Positions 1-9,467 of a stretch of 64,000 bases of DNA are shown here, piece by piece (the stretch's first letter is position 1; each line of letters opens with the position of its first letter). Where the stretch lies: positions 1,025 through 65,024 of the forward strand of contig JABRVW010000042.1 of NCBI GenBank assembly GCA_039961715.1. The letters are read 5' to 3'. The stretch comes from Ignavibacterium sp. (GTDB taxonomy: Bacteria; Bacteroidota; Ignavibacteria; UBA10030). The notes below the pieces were generated by a model, which ran no database searches, was not told where the DNA came from, and was given only the letters and a program-made list of their open reading frames with translations. Both the position numbers and the translations under genes were made by a program.

Positions 1-957
1 CAACACAGGCCCTTTTTCGAACAGCCGGTCGCGGATATCCATGATGATCTTCCGCGGAGAAAGGACTTTCCCCGTGATGTTCGCAGGGCACGCGGCCGTA
101 CATCGCCCGCACTCCGTGCATGTGTAGCCGTCAAGCAACTGCTTCCATGTCAGATCCTCCACATCCGCCACCCCGAACTTTTCAACATTGTTGGCCTCAA
201 GATTGAGGTTCTTCAGATTCCCCCGCGGCCGTCCCGAGGAAAAATACACATTGGGAATGGATGTCAGAACATGAAGATGCTTGGAGTACGGAAGATAGTT
301 CAGGAACGCCAGAACGAGCACGATATGGGTCCACCAGAAGACTTCGAACCACTGCCCGAGCGATCCAGGGTCCAGGGAGGCAAACAGAGGCACCATAAGC
401 CCCGAGGCAAAACGCACAGTCGCCAGTTCCGTCTCTCCTTCCAGAAGCATTCTCGTGGCGTTCTGGCCGAGCATGCTGATCATGATCACAAGGATTGCAA
501 GCAGGATGGCTGTCGCGTCAATCTTGCTGTGCAGGTCCAGCTCAAGCCTCCTGGGCCGAACGATGTACCGTCTGAAGAGTGCAATCATCACACCTATGAT
601 CACAAGGGACGCGAAGAAATCCTGGAGGAATCCCAACGGTTCGTAGAGAAGCGGGCCGAGCGAGGAGAGCGAGAAACCCGGGATGAGGCCCTCAAGGATC
701 GATTCGATGACGGAGGTCAGAAGAACGAGAAAGCCCCAGAAGATGAATGCGTGCATCAATCCCGCCACGGGCTCCCGAAGCAGCTTCGTCTGCCCGATTG
801 CCACCTTCAGCACATCGGCCAACCGTTTGAACGGCCTGTCGAACCGGTTTTCGGCCTGACCAAGACGCAGGAAGCGGATCAGGCGTCGTACGCTGTAAGC
901 AAACGTCCCCAAAGCGATGATCAAGACAACAGGGAAGATGAGGTTTTTCAACGGCAT
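1..957 (-). CDS. Membrane-anchored (Fe-S)-binding oxidoreductase (HdrD/GlcF-like), N-terminal part; 3' end runs off the window
   Basis: My own minus-strand translation from the ATG at 955-957 gives MPLKNLIFPVVLIIALGTF..., then several hydrophobic helices and a CTECGRCTAACP 4Fe-4S cysteine motif. The frame is open to position 1. It is absent from the ORF track because no stop lies in the window. The + ORF 271..1011 is its antisense shadow. Confidence 0.75.
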   Translation of the reverse strand, partial: MPLKNLIFPVVLIIALGTFAYSVRRLIRFLRLGQAENRFDRPFKRLADVLKVAIGQTKLLREPVAGLMHAFIFWGFLVLLTSVIESILEGLIPGFSLSSLGPLLYEPLGFLQDFFASLVIIGVMIALFRRYIVRPRRLELDLHSKIDATAILLAILVIMISMLGQNATRMLLEGETELATVRFASGLMVPLFASLDPGSLGQWFEVFWWTHIVLVLAFLNYLPYSKHLHVLTSIPNVYFSSGRPRGNLKNLNLEANNVEKFGVADVEDLTWKQLLDGYTCTECGRCTAACPANITGKVLSPRKIIMDIRDRLFEKGPVL

Positions 958-988
958 AAGAGTTTGCAGTTCAAGGTTCGAGGTCCAT

Positions 989-1918
989 TCAAACAGTCAG
1001 ACTTGTTCTAAACAAGGTTACCGCTTCCCCCGCGATACTTATATCCTTCACACGCCCTTTCTTGATCTCCAGCCTCACCTTCACGCGGCCGCGTCGCGAA
1101 AGCCGATCCCCTTGCTCGCCGATAAACTCCAGCCTTCCGTCTTCGAGCCTCAGCGAAGGCAATGGAATACCGGCAGAGCGCATTGCGTACTGGAAGCAGT
1201 ACGCGCCCAGAGGACCGTTCGCCGATCCCGTGACCGGATCTTCGGGCACGCCGGCCGCGGGGGCAAAGAAGCGCGAGTGAAACGCGGAACTCGGCTCGAT
1301 AGTCTGTAACGTCACCGCACACACACCGATGATCCCCACGGTCTTGCTCACGCCGGTCAACGCGTTCATGTCCGGCTCAATGCCCCAGAGCGCCGCTCTC
1401 CTCTTCACCGGCACAAACGCAATGTTGTTTCCCTTGACCACCGGCATCCTGGCATCCAGATCTCTTCTTTGCAGTCCCAACGATTTCAGGAGGCGCGGGG
1501 ACGCCTTGCGGCCGGCTGAGAATGCCGGTGCCGGGAGGTGAAACTCCACGGAGACTCCCGCACTCTTCTTGTCCACAAGAATCTGCAGTATCCCGCTCTT
1601 TGTCTGGAGGGCAAACCGGTGCCGACCATGCTGACGCATCCCGTGCATCCCGTCTTCCGCCAGGGCGTGGAATGCCGCGATGGTTGCATGCCCGCACAGC
1701 GGCACTTCAACAGTCGGCGTAAACCATCGGATCTGGAGGTCGGCAGCTTTGAGCGTGGGGGGAAGGATAAAGGCCGTTTCCGACATTGCCAGCTCGCGCG
1801 CGATCAGTTGCATCTTTGCATCGGAGAGCCCCCGCGCATCGATAACGACGCCGGCAGGGTTGCCGGAGTACGGTGTAGTGGTGAACGCGTTGACATGCTT
1901 CACCGAGACCCGTCTCAC
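989..1918 (-). CDS. PhzF-family isomerase (phenazine biosynthesis-like protein)
   Basis: The N-terminus VNAFTTTPYSGNPAGVV and a length near 300 aa are typical of the PhzF/YddE family. There is a 4-nt overlap with the upstream gene. Confidence 0.85.
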   Translation of the reverse strand: MRRVSVKHVNAFTTTPYSGNPAGVVIDARGLSDAKMQLIARELAMSETAFILPPTLKAADLQIRWFTPTVEVPLCGHATIAAFHALAEDGMHGMRQHGRHRFALQTKSGILQILVDKKSAGVSVEFHLPAPAFSAGRKASPRLLKSLGLQRRDLDARMPVVKGNNIAFVPVKRRAALWGIEPDMNALTGVSKTVGIIGVCAVTLQTIEPSSAFHSRFFAPAAGVPEDPVTGSANGPLGAYCFQYAMRSAGIPLPSLRLEDGRLEFIGEQGDRLSRRGRVKVRLEIKKGRVKDISIAGEAVTLFRTSLTV

Positions 1919-2772
1919 CCTGCTCCTCCAGAGGATTCGAATGGAAGATGGATCATGGTCAGGAAAGAGCGATCCTTGATGAAGAAGACATCGGCATCCT
2001 TCAAGAAGAAGGAATCCGGCACCGGAAGCCTCGCATCGGCCTGCAGCATCTCTGAAAAGACCTTCTCACTCCTCCTGGAATCGATGATCGTGAGGTGATT
2101 CTCCAGCCGGGGCGCTTCCGGCGTAAAGCCGGGTCCCGGCCGGTGGTAGTTCATGACAAGGAAGGGATCCTTCAGGACAGCCTCGATGGTTCCGACGACC
2201 TGGGCCGGGCCGATCTCGCGCGCGGCAAGCGTTCGGACCGCCTCCGGAGCGTCAACGGTGTCCAGATCCTCCGGAAAATCGATCGATTCATGGAGGTCTT
2301 CCTTCCTGGCAAGCTGTCGAAGCGGAATGAAGTCATTGATGGTGTCGAGGTTCTCGAGCACATCGCCCGTTTCAAGGTCCAGAATTCTCCCTGCGCGCCG
2401 TTCAAACATTGTCCGGTAAGCATAGATGCGGGATTGGTAGGCGAACCAGAAGGTCACCTCGTCGTTGCGCCATTCCTCTTCGCCGGTTTCCAGGTCGAGC
2501 GCAATGATCCTCTTATGTTCCGGCATGTCGGGTGTTTCGAACCCGTGGAGGAGCACTCTATTCCCCTGAACCGCCTCCAACCCTATCCACCAGGGCTCTT
2601 CAGGGCGTTCATGCCGCCACAGAACCCGACCCGTCCGGTCATCAAGACACACAAAATGCGCCTTCTTGTTCTCCTCGTCCCTGTACTCTGCGAGGATTCT
2701 TCCCCGGTTTCCCAGAAGAATTCTCCAGAGCGTACCTTCGCTTCCAAAAGACCATGCAGGCTTCAGGCGCAT
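1915..2772 (-). CDS. DUF4905-like beta-propeller-type hypothetical protein
   Basis: MRLKPAWSF..GTLWRILL....FVCLDDRTGRVLW resembles the DUF4905 pattern. I prefer the internal ATG at 2772. The track start at 2868 is a GTG that overlaps the preceding gene. Confidence 0.55.
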   Translation of the reverse strand: MRLKPAWSFGSEGTLWRILLGNRGRILAEYRDEENKKAHFVCLDDRTGRVLWRHERPEEPWWIGLEAVQGNRVLLHGFETPDMPEHKRIIALDLETGEEEWRNDEVTFWFAYQSRIYAYRTMFERRAGRILDLETGDVLENLDTINDFIPLRQLARKEDLHESIDFPEDLDTVDAPEAVRTLAAREIGPAQVVGTIEAVLKDPFLVMNYHRPGPGFTPEAPRLENHLTIIDSRRSEKVFSEMLQADARLPVPDSFFLKDADVFFIKDRSFLTMIHLPFESSGGAG

Positions 2773-2855
2773 GAAAGAAAAATACGAAGGCAAAGCGACG
2801 TGAGCAAGGGGAAAAGCGAAGGAAATGCGGGAACGATGATCCAGTGAAACAAATG

Positions 2856-3842
2856 TCAGAACGGGCACGTGATCTTTGGGTATGTGACCGGAAGCCCGAC
2901 GAAGATCGTGTCCGCGCTCGCGGACCCGAAGACCCCGAGTCCGCTCTGAATGTTGGTATAGTTTGGCTCGTCGACACGGATCGAAAACTCATCGCGGAAC
3001 CCGCCAACGAGACTGTAGTACTTGTACAAGTGTTCATCTGCCTGCACAAGAACAACGGCAACCCGTGGGAAGCTCACCATCTCGCCCTCGTACTGCTTCA
3101 GGATCTTGAGAATTGTCCTCGCGTAGTTTTGGAACGGAAAGATCCACAGCTCCCGTCCGGCGATGTTCTGCCTCCTTCGGATCTGCGGATAGGAGGCCTG
3201 GTATGTAAGGCAGTCCTGGTAATCGGTAATCACCATCGGAACCTCCTCCCGCAGGATGACGCCGGGATTCTGCGAGACAACCTCATACTCCAGAAAGATC
3301 CGGACCATATGGCCTTCGGCGTCGTTGGCGGGCTGTGCGTAGATGATCAGATCCTCGCGGCTGACATCCGGCGTTGTTATGGAGGGGCGGCTGTCCAGAT
3401 CAATTTCGAGAATTCCGGTGGAGGGCGGGGTTGTTGTCGCAGTGACCGTACCATAGCCGGGGGCGGCAACCGACAACGTATAGGGAGTTCCCCTCTGGAG
3501 AGTCGGAGCAGAATACACATATGCCCTGATGCTGTCCTGGTACCTCCCCGGATCGCTTCGCGCAAACGTCGTGTCGCGCAACTGAGTCATATTCCCTCCG
3601 ACTTCCACCGTCACCGTGGCATTTGCAATCTGGTTGCTGGAAGTATGTTCCAGCGGATCGAAAGCGGGCGGATCGTAGGTCGTGGCAACGCGAACAATGT
3701 GATCGGTCCTCCCCGGCGAGAGCACGCCGAACACAACAACGGCATCCAGGAACGGTCCTTTGGGGTTCAATTCCTCCTCGCATCCGGCGGAGAGGATGAG
3801 GGAGAGCGCGAGAAGCATTCGAAGAGTGTCACAACGTTGCAT
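2856..3842 (-). CDS. DUF4249-family lipoprotein (partner of the upstream TonB-dependent receptor)
   Basis: Signal peptide with lipobox LILSAGC. TGATG stop/start overlap with the receptor gene. The same gene pair recurs at 10842-14044. Confidence 0.7.
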   Translation of the reverse strand: MQRCDTLRMLLALSLILSAGCEEELNPKGPFLDAVVVFGVLSPGRTDHIVRVATTYDPPAFDPLEHTSSNQIANATVTVEVGGNMTQLRDTTFARSDPGRYQDSIRAYVYSAPTLQRGTPYTLSVAAPGYGTVTATTTPPSTGILEIDLDSRPSITTPDVSREDLIIYAQPANDAEGHMVRIFLEYEVVSQNPGVILREEVPMVITDYQDCLTYQASYPQIRRRQNIAGRELWIFPFQNYARTILKILKQYEGEMVSFPRVAVVLVQADEHLYKYYSLVGGFRDEFSIRVDEPNYTNIQSGLGVFGSASADTIFVGLPVTYPKITCPF

Positions 3843-6046
3843 CAGTACTCGAGATTCAGCGTTGCTGATGGAAAGAACGACAGCATGTTGGTTCTTTGCC
3901 CGGTCTTCCTGTCGAAATAAAACAGGTTCTTCCGGTTGTACGCGTTGATGACATGCACTCCTGCAGTCCCTTTGAGAGGGCCTACAAGGAATCGATACAT
4001 CAGGCTCACATCGAGCCGATGATACGTTGGAAGCCGTGAAGCATTTTTTTGCCCCAGCACCGAATACGGCTCGCCCGTTTCCCCTGCATACTCACCGTCG
4101 AAGACATCATCCAGCGTCAGACGGTCGTAGTATCCGATCGTTTGAGTAAAGGGAAAGCCCGAGCCGAATTCCCATCGGAGCGTGAGGTCCACATCCCTGG
4201 TCACGTGAAGCACCCCAAGAAGGTTCAGGGTATGACGGCGATCGTGGCGCGGCGGATACTCGAATCCATTCGCGTTGATATTCGTCCACCCCAGCGTATA
4301 GGCCGCGTAGAGATCGACGAGCGGAATGCCGTACCGGACGAGCGCTTCTGCGCCGTACGACCGCCCGCGACTGTTGATGTAGTCCGGATCCTGTGCATCA
4401 ACCTTGTCACGGTTGTAGGTAACGAGGGAGGAATAGTGCTTGTAGTATCCCTGAAGGCTCAACGAAAGCGTCGGAAGGATGTTTCCGTCGAGCCCCACGA
4501 CGTAGTGATCCGCTTTTTCAGATTGCAGATTCTTCGGAATCGGAATCCAGGCATCAAAGATCGATATCACATCGTCTTCGTTGTTGACGGTGATCATGGA
4601 TTGGGAGAATCGTCCGTACGAGAATTTCAGCGCCCAGGTCCCACCGACAGCAACGCTCGTATTGACCCTCGGTTGAATTGCCTCCAACCCGGCATCGCGC
4701 TCGAACAAGGCGCCAATGTCGGCGTGGATTCCTCCGTCAAATTTCCACGAGCTGAGCTTCAATTGATAGCGGGCCCACATGGACGCATCGGCCCGAGTGC
4801 CGAAGAGCCTCCGTGGTGCGCCGAAAGTATTGATGAGCCTGTATTCAAGGGTGGGAAAGCTGAATTCAAATCCAAAGAAATAGAGGTCCTGATCATCGGA
4901 GTAGTAGGTCGCCTCTGCCCTGACGCCTGATTCCTTTACTGTTGTGATCGACGGTGTGACGGACGGCGAATTCTTGGCATCCCGCTCGCCCTTGAAGAAG
5001 TTCTCATACGCGACGGCATGAACAAAGAGGCGATCCTGAATGAGGCCCGATGCCGATGCCCCCACGGCATACGTGCGCCATCGATAGTTCGGCTCCAGCG
5101 GACTGCTGTTCACAAGATCGTCGCCGCTGAAGAACCCTTGAACCGCGAATTTCGAGTCTTCTTCCGAGATGTTTGTGACCTTGAAGAATGCATCGTAGAA
5201 ATCGACCGGAGTGGATTGGTCGAGAAACCGGGTAATGGTTTTCTCGAAAATCGATTTCCTCGCATTGACGAACCACCGGTAGTTGGTGAAGACCGGGCCC
5301 TCCACCTGCAGTTTCGTCGAAAGGAAATTCACGTTCGCCCTTCCGCCCACACCGGTTCCTTTTCCGTCGCGCGTGGTCATGTTCACGACCGAGGAGAGCC
5401 TGCCGCCGTACCCGGGCGGAAACGCTCCGGTGTAGACCTCGGTGGTCTTGATAATATCCGAATCGAAGATGCTGAAAATGCCGAAGGCGTGGAAGGGATT
5501 GTAGATTTTCATGCCGTCGAGGAGGATGAGGTTCTGATCCCCTCCTCCGCCCCGAACGTAGAAATGCGAATTTACATCGCTCGTCGAAACGATCCCGGGG
5601 AGAATCGTGATTGAGCGGAAGATGTCCTCCTGGACGGTCACGGGGACGATCTTGATGTCTTTTTGATCGAGGATGTGTACGCTGGTATTGATCTCCTTCA
5701 GTTCCCGCTTTCCCGCTTCCGTCACAACGATCTCCGCCATTTCCACGGTCGTCGGCACCAGAGCCATATTGACGATCACGGGCCCCGTGAGTCCCACGAA
5801 GACCCGTTGCTGTTTTCGTTCATATCCCACCGAGCTGGCGGAAATTGTGTATTCCCCGGGCGGGACGTTGGGAATCAGGTAGAAGCCGTTGATGTTGCTT
5901 GCGGCACCCTTGTTCGTACCAACGATAACGACGTTCGCGAACGGGAGCTTTTCTGCCGTCGTGGAATCAGTAATGACACCACGGATGTCAACACCCTGGG
6001 AGAAGACAGGTATGGGAGCAAGAAGGAAAAGGAGCAGAGCGCGCAC
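3842..6046 (-). CDS. TonB-dependent receptor with N-terminal carboxypeptidase-regulatory-like domain
   Basis: Signal peptide, then GVITDSTTAEKLPFANVVIVGTNKGAASNINGFYLIPNVPPGEYTI (CarboxypepD_reg), a plug region, and a long beta-barrel ending in aromatic ...LNLEY. Confidence 0.9.
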   Translation of the reverse strand: MRALLLFLLAPIPVFSQGVDIRGVITDSTTAEKLPFANVVIVGTNKGAASNINGFYLIPNVPPGEYTISASSVGYERKQQRVFVGLTGPVIVNMALVPTTVEMAEIVVTEAGKRELKEINTSVHILDQKDIKIVPVTVQEDIFRSITILPGIVSTSDVNSHFYVRGGGGDQNLILLDGMKIYNPFHAFGIFSIFDSDIIKTTEVYTGAFPPGYGGRLSSVVNMTTRDGKGTGVGGRANVNFLSTKLQVEGPVFTNYRWFVNARKSIFEKTITRFLDQSTPVDFYDAFFKVTNISEEDSKFAVQGFFSGDDLVNSSPLEPNYRWRTYAVGASASGLIQDRLFVHAVAYENFFKGERDAKNSPSVTPSITTVKESGVRAEATYYSDDQDLYFFGFEFSFPTLEYRLINTFGAPRRLFGTRADASMWARYQLKLSSWKFDGGIHADIGALFERDAGLEAIQPRVNTSVAVGGTWALKFSYGRFSQSMITVNNEDDVISIFDAWIPIPKNLQSEKADHYVVGLDGNILPTLSLSLQGYYKHYSSLVTYNRDKVDAQDPDYINSRGRSYGAEALVRYGIPLVDLYAAYTLGWTNINANGFEYPPRHDRRHTLNLLGVLHVTRDVDLTLRWEFGSGFPFTQTIGYYDRLTLDDVFDGEYAGETGEPYSVLGQKNASRLPTYHRLDVSLMYRFLVGPLKGTAGVHVINAYNRKNLFYFDRKTGQRTNMLSFFPSATLNLEY

Positions 6047-6183
6047 GCGGTCCTCAGGTTGCCGAAGGACAAATATGGGGAATCACCCCGCAATCTGCAA
6101 ACGGGAAATGATGTTCGTCCCTGCTGTGAGGGACCAAATGCAATTTGTTCAAAGAGCCCTCCTGCAGTAAGGAGCAGATGACA

Positions 6184-6591
6184 CTACCGAGCCTTGTCAA
6201 GCACGCGCTTCTTCAACAAATCGGGCACGGGCATCACCGAGAGGCGCGGAATACGGACAAGCTCGAACCCGGCAAAGGCCTTGTCTGCCTTGATTTCCTG
6301 AAGCGTTACGGGCCGCTTCAGCCTTTTCCCCGCGGCAATTTCCACCACAACCAGCCGTGGATTCTTTGTCTTGGGATCAGGATATGGCGCGCTGACGACC
6401 TTTGCAGTACCGACAATGGCTTTCTCATTCCCCGTATGGTAGATAAACAGTTCATCACCCTTTTTCATCGATCTGATATGTTTCAGGGCAACGGGATTCG
6501 AGACGCCGTCCCAGACGGTTGTCCCGTGTTTCACCAGATCATCAAATGAATAGGTCGAAGGCTCGGTTTTCAAAAGCCAGGAGGATGGCAT
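6184..6591 (-). CDS. EVE (PUA-like, DUF55) domain protein
   Basis: WLLKTEPSTYSFDDL...GTTVWDGVSNPVALKHIRSMKKGDELFIYHTG is the characteristic EVE/thymocyte-nuclear-protein-like N-terminus. Length 135 aa. Confidence 0.85.
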   Translation of the reverse strand: MPSSWLLKTEPSTYSFDDLVKHGTTVWDGVSNPVALKHIRSMKKGDELFIYHTGNEKAIVGTAKVVSAPYPDPKTKNPRLVVVEIAAGKRLKRPVTLQEIKADKAFAGFELVRIPRLSVMPVPDLLKKRVLDKAR

Positions 6592-6634
6592 GGGATGGGC
6601 TCGTTTAAGGTTAAGGTTTGGGGTTTATGGTTCA

Positions 6635-8500
6635 TTAGCTCATGTGCAAATTCACCTTTACCAGGCCGCGGAGGGCGTTGCAGAGATAGACCTCGTCAGC
6701 AGAAAACAGATCGTCGGGACGAAGAATCTTCTCCTCTATTGCAAGTCCTCTTTTCTGCAACAGAAATGACCGGTAGGTGCCAGGAAGAAGGCCGCACCCG
6801 ATCGGAGGAGTATAATACTCCTCACCCTTTTTCACAACCACGTTCGTCCTGGCCCCCTCGGTTATTTCCCCCCGCTCATTCAGGAATATCACATCAAACA
6901 ATCCTTCCCGTGCCGCCTTTTCCAGGTGATCATCGTACAACGTTCTTCGGGTTGTCTTGTGAAAGAGAAACCGGTCGCTCGACCGTGTAGACACGCCGGA
7001 GAGTTTCACTCCGGGATGTGCAGAAAGCGGATGGAGAATCTTGGCCTTTGCTTCCACGAATCCGTTCCGGTGAAGCAACAGCCGCACTCTCATCGGGCGC
7101 CGCGAACGCGCCAGGGATCGCTCAAGCCCTCGAAGAGCCCTGTCAACCACAATCCCGTCGTAGGCAAAACCAAAATAGACGGCTGACGACCTCAATCGTC
7201 TCTTATGAAATGGAAGAAGAAACCATCCTCGTCCCGGATCCCACCGGATCGTTTCCATGAGCTGAAATTCCCCTGCCGGCTCGCTGACAAACCGCGCCTT
7301 GAGAAGGCATTCGCAGTATTCAGCCACGGGATCCGAATCGTGAACAATCCCGCTGCCCACACCCATCTGCGCATCGCCCGTCTTCGCCTCCACAACAAGA
7401 GTCCTGATCGCAACATTCAGTTCCGCCGTTTGATCCGGTGCGAAGTATCCGATGCTTCCGGTATAGACACCGCGCGGGTTCTTTTCAAGATCATGAATGA
7501 TTTGCATGGTCCGGATCTTGGGCGCGCCGGTCACTGATCCGCTCGGAAAGACAGCCCGCAGAAGCCCGGAAATCGTCACATCCGGGCGCAACCGCGCCTC
7601 AATCGTGCTGGTTGCCTGAAAGACAGTCTCGTACTTCTCAATCTGGAAGAATTTCTTCACCCTTACGCCGCCCGGCACGGCGATCCGTCCCGCATCATTC
7701 CTCAGGAGATCCACGATCATCAGATTCTCGGCCCGGTTCTTCTGCGAGTTGTTCAGCCACTGGATCTGGTGTTCATCCTCCTCCACGGTGCGCCCCCGCG
7801 GCGCGGTTCCCTTCATGGGCCTCAAGGTCAGTGTCCGACCCTTCCGCCGAAACAGAAGTTCCGGCGACAAGGACATGATGCGGTGATCTCCCGTGTTGAC
7901 AAACGCGGAGTATCGCACCCGCTGAGCCCTGCGCAGCGCGTCATACCACAGGGCAGGAGGCCCGGGGAGGGCCACCCGAAGAGGAAATGTAAAGTTCACC
8001 TGGTATGTATCACCTGCCGCGATGAGCCGAAGAATTTCCCTCACAGCAGAGGCATACTCGACTTCCGAAATGAGCGGAGCCGGTTCCTGCGGGTTCATGG
8101 TTTTTCCGACCGCGCGAGGCTTCTTCATGCCCTTCCCTTCCCCCTTCCGGACAATTCGCGGCGGGCCGTACACACCGAACCAGATCAGGGGTACGGACGG
8201 CAGTCGGTCCCCGGGAAGAACCTGTTCAAAGGCGTGCCCCGCTTCGTAGGAAAGAAATCCTGCCGCGTGGAAACCGTTTGCGATCGAGCGATCAAGTTCC
8301 TCCAGCGCAGAAGGGACCTCCTCCATGGATCGGGCCAGAATGAGCCGACGCGGGTTTGAGTACAGCCGTCCTCCTCCGCCGGGCACATTCGATTCGAGAA
8401 GGACGGAACCCGGATGAGCGTCCACCCATTCGAGCACCGAGGAGCTGAACACGAGATCATGAGCACGATCAGAAGGAAAAACCGGGAAGCGCCGTGGCAT
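6635..8500 (-). CDS. pabB: Bifunctional aminodeoxychorismate synthase component I / class IV aminotransferase-fold ADC lyase (PabB-PabC fusion)
   Basis: The chorismate-binding core shows SPELLFRR, RPMKGTAPRG, ENLMIVDLLRND and PSGSVTGAPK. It is followed by about 200 aa of PabC/IlvE-fold sequence (FLFHKTTRR..., GEITEGARTNVVV, LPGTYR). Confidence 0.85.
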   Translation of the reverse strand: MPRRFPVFPSDRAHDLVFSSSVLEWVDAHPGSVLLESNVPGGGGRLYSNPRRLILARSMEEVPSALEELDRSIANGFHAAGFLSYEAGHAFEQVLPGDRLPSVPLIWFGVYGPPRIVRKGEGKGMKKPRAVGKTMNPQEPAPLISEVEYASAVREILRLIAAGDTYQVNFTFPLRVALPGPPALWYDALRRAQRVRYSAFVNTGDHRIMSLSPELLFRRKGRTLTLRPMKGTAPRGRTVEEDEHQIQWLNNSQKNRAENLMIVDLLRNDAGRIAVPGGVRVKKFFQIEKYETVFQATSTIEARLRPDVTISGLLRAVFPSGSVTGAPKIRTMQIIHDLEKNPRGVYTGSIGYFAPDQTAELNVAIRTLVVEAKTGDAQMGVGSGIVHDSDPVAEYCECLLKARFVSEPAGEFQLMETIRWDPGRGWFLLPFHKRRLRSSAVYFGFAYDGIVVDRALRGLERSLARSRRPMRVRLLLHRNGFVEAKAKILHPLSAHPGVKLSGVSTRSSDRFLFHKTTRRTLYDDHLEKAAREGLFDVIFLNERGEITEGARTNVVVKKGEEYYTPPIGCGLLPGTYRSFLLQKRGLAIEEKILRPDDLFSADEVYLCNALRGLVKVNLHMS

Positions 8501-8504
8501 GGAA

Positions 8505-8541
8505 ACAAAAAACCGCCTTCTTCGGATTACGAAAAAGACGG
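8505..8541 (-). terminator. Intrinsic terminator downstream of the glutathione peroxidase gene
   Basis: On the minus strand: CCGTCTTTTT-loop(9)-AAGAAGGCGG, a 10-bp stem including G-U pairs, followed by TTTTTTG. Confidence 0.7.
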
Positions 8542-8587
8542 CTCATCTGGGTTCCTTTCTGTTACAGTATCCGGCTCCGTCGGAAGG

Positions 8588-9157
8588 TCATTGATCAGCC
8601 AGGAGCCGTTCGATCGCGGAGGTCACCTCTGGATCCGTTGGCTTCGTGCGCGTCGGGATCATGCTGACCACGTTGCCTTTCCGGTCCACGAGGTACTTCT
8701 GAAAATTCCACTTGACTTCCCCCTTTGCGGGGGATTCCTTGGTCAGGTACGCATAGAGCGGATGCTGGTCCTCGCCCTTTACACTGATCTTCGAAAACAT
8801 GTCAAAGGTAACATCGTAGTTCGTGGTGCAGAACTCCTTGATCTCTGCGTCTGTTCCGGGTTCCTGCCCCCCAAAGTTGTTGGCGGGGAAAGCAAGCACA
8901 GCCAATCCCTTATCCCTGTATTTTCGATGGATTGCTTCCAGATCCTTGTACTGCGGCGTGTAACCGCATTCGGATGCCACGTTGACGAGGAGCAGAACCT
9001 TTCCCCTGTAGTCGGCGAGGGACCGCATCTCCCCATCGATGGTCTTCATGGAAAACGTGTAAAGTCTGGGAACGGCGCTCACAGATTGATCCTGGGCGGA
9101 AAGAAGGGGAACTGTCATCACCGCAAGCACAAGGGCCGCGGCGTGGTTTCGAGCCAT
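8588..9157 (-). CDS. Glutathione peroxidase (secreted/periplasmic)
   Basis: LLLVNVASECGYTPQY active-site motif, FPANNFGGQEPG, WNFQKYLVD, and an N-terminal signal peptide. Confidence 0.9.
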   Translation of the reverse strand: MARNHAAALVLAVMTVPLLSAQDQSVSAVPRLYTFSMKTIDGEMRSLADYRGKVLLLVNVASECGYTPQYKDLEAIHRKYRDKGLAVLAFPANNFGGQEPGTDAEIKEFCTTNYDVTFDMFSKISVKGEDQHPLYAYLTKESPAKGEVKWNFQKYLVDRKGNVVSMIPTRTKPTDPEVTSAIERLLADQ

Positions 9158-9175
9158 GACACTCCTGGCAATGGG

Positions 9176-9376
9176 TCAGTGTTTGATCTCGCTGGCGGTG
9201 GGCACGATCCACCAGGCAACAAGATAACCGATGACGAACGGGATGATGCCGGTTGCAAACGTAACGACAACGGCGATCAGCCGGACGATGGTGGAATCGA
9301 CATCCAGGTACTCGCCGATCCCGCCGCACACGCCGGCAATCTTCCGGTCCGTTTCAGAACGAAAGAGTCGCTTCAT
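9176..9376 (-). CDS. PspC-domain membrane protein
   Basis: MKRLFRSETDRKIAGVCGGIGEYLDVDSTIVRLI followed by one TM helix. I prefer the internal ATG at 9376 over the track start. Confidence 0.75.
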   Translation of the reverse strand: MKRLFRSETDRKIAGVCGGIGEYLDVDSTIVRLIAVVVTFATGIIPFVIGYLVAWWIVPTASEIKH

Positions 9377-9467
9377 GGGTTCCCGGTTTGGGACGCTCGG
9401 CACAGGGCGTTCTTTGCGTTTTTCTCCCACTCCCGAATTACGTGAAAAACCGCGTCGAAATCAACCA

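Noticed and set aside
271-1011. 246-aa plus-strand ORF at the window start
   Set aside because: The product is highly charged and low-complexity. The minus strand encodes a convincing membrane Fe-S protein (TM helices plus a CxxCxxCxxxCP motif) that was missed by the track only because its stop lies outside the window.
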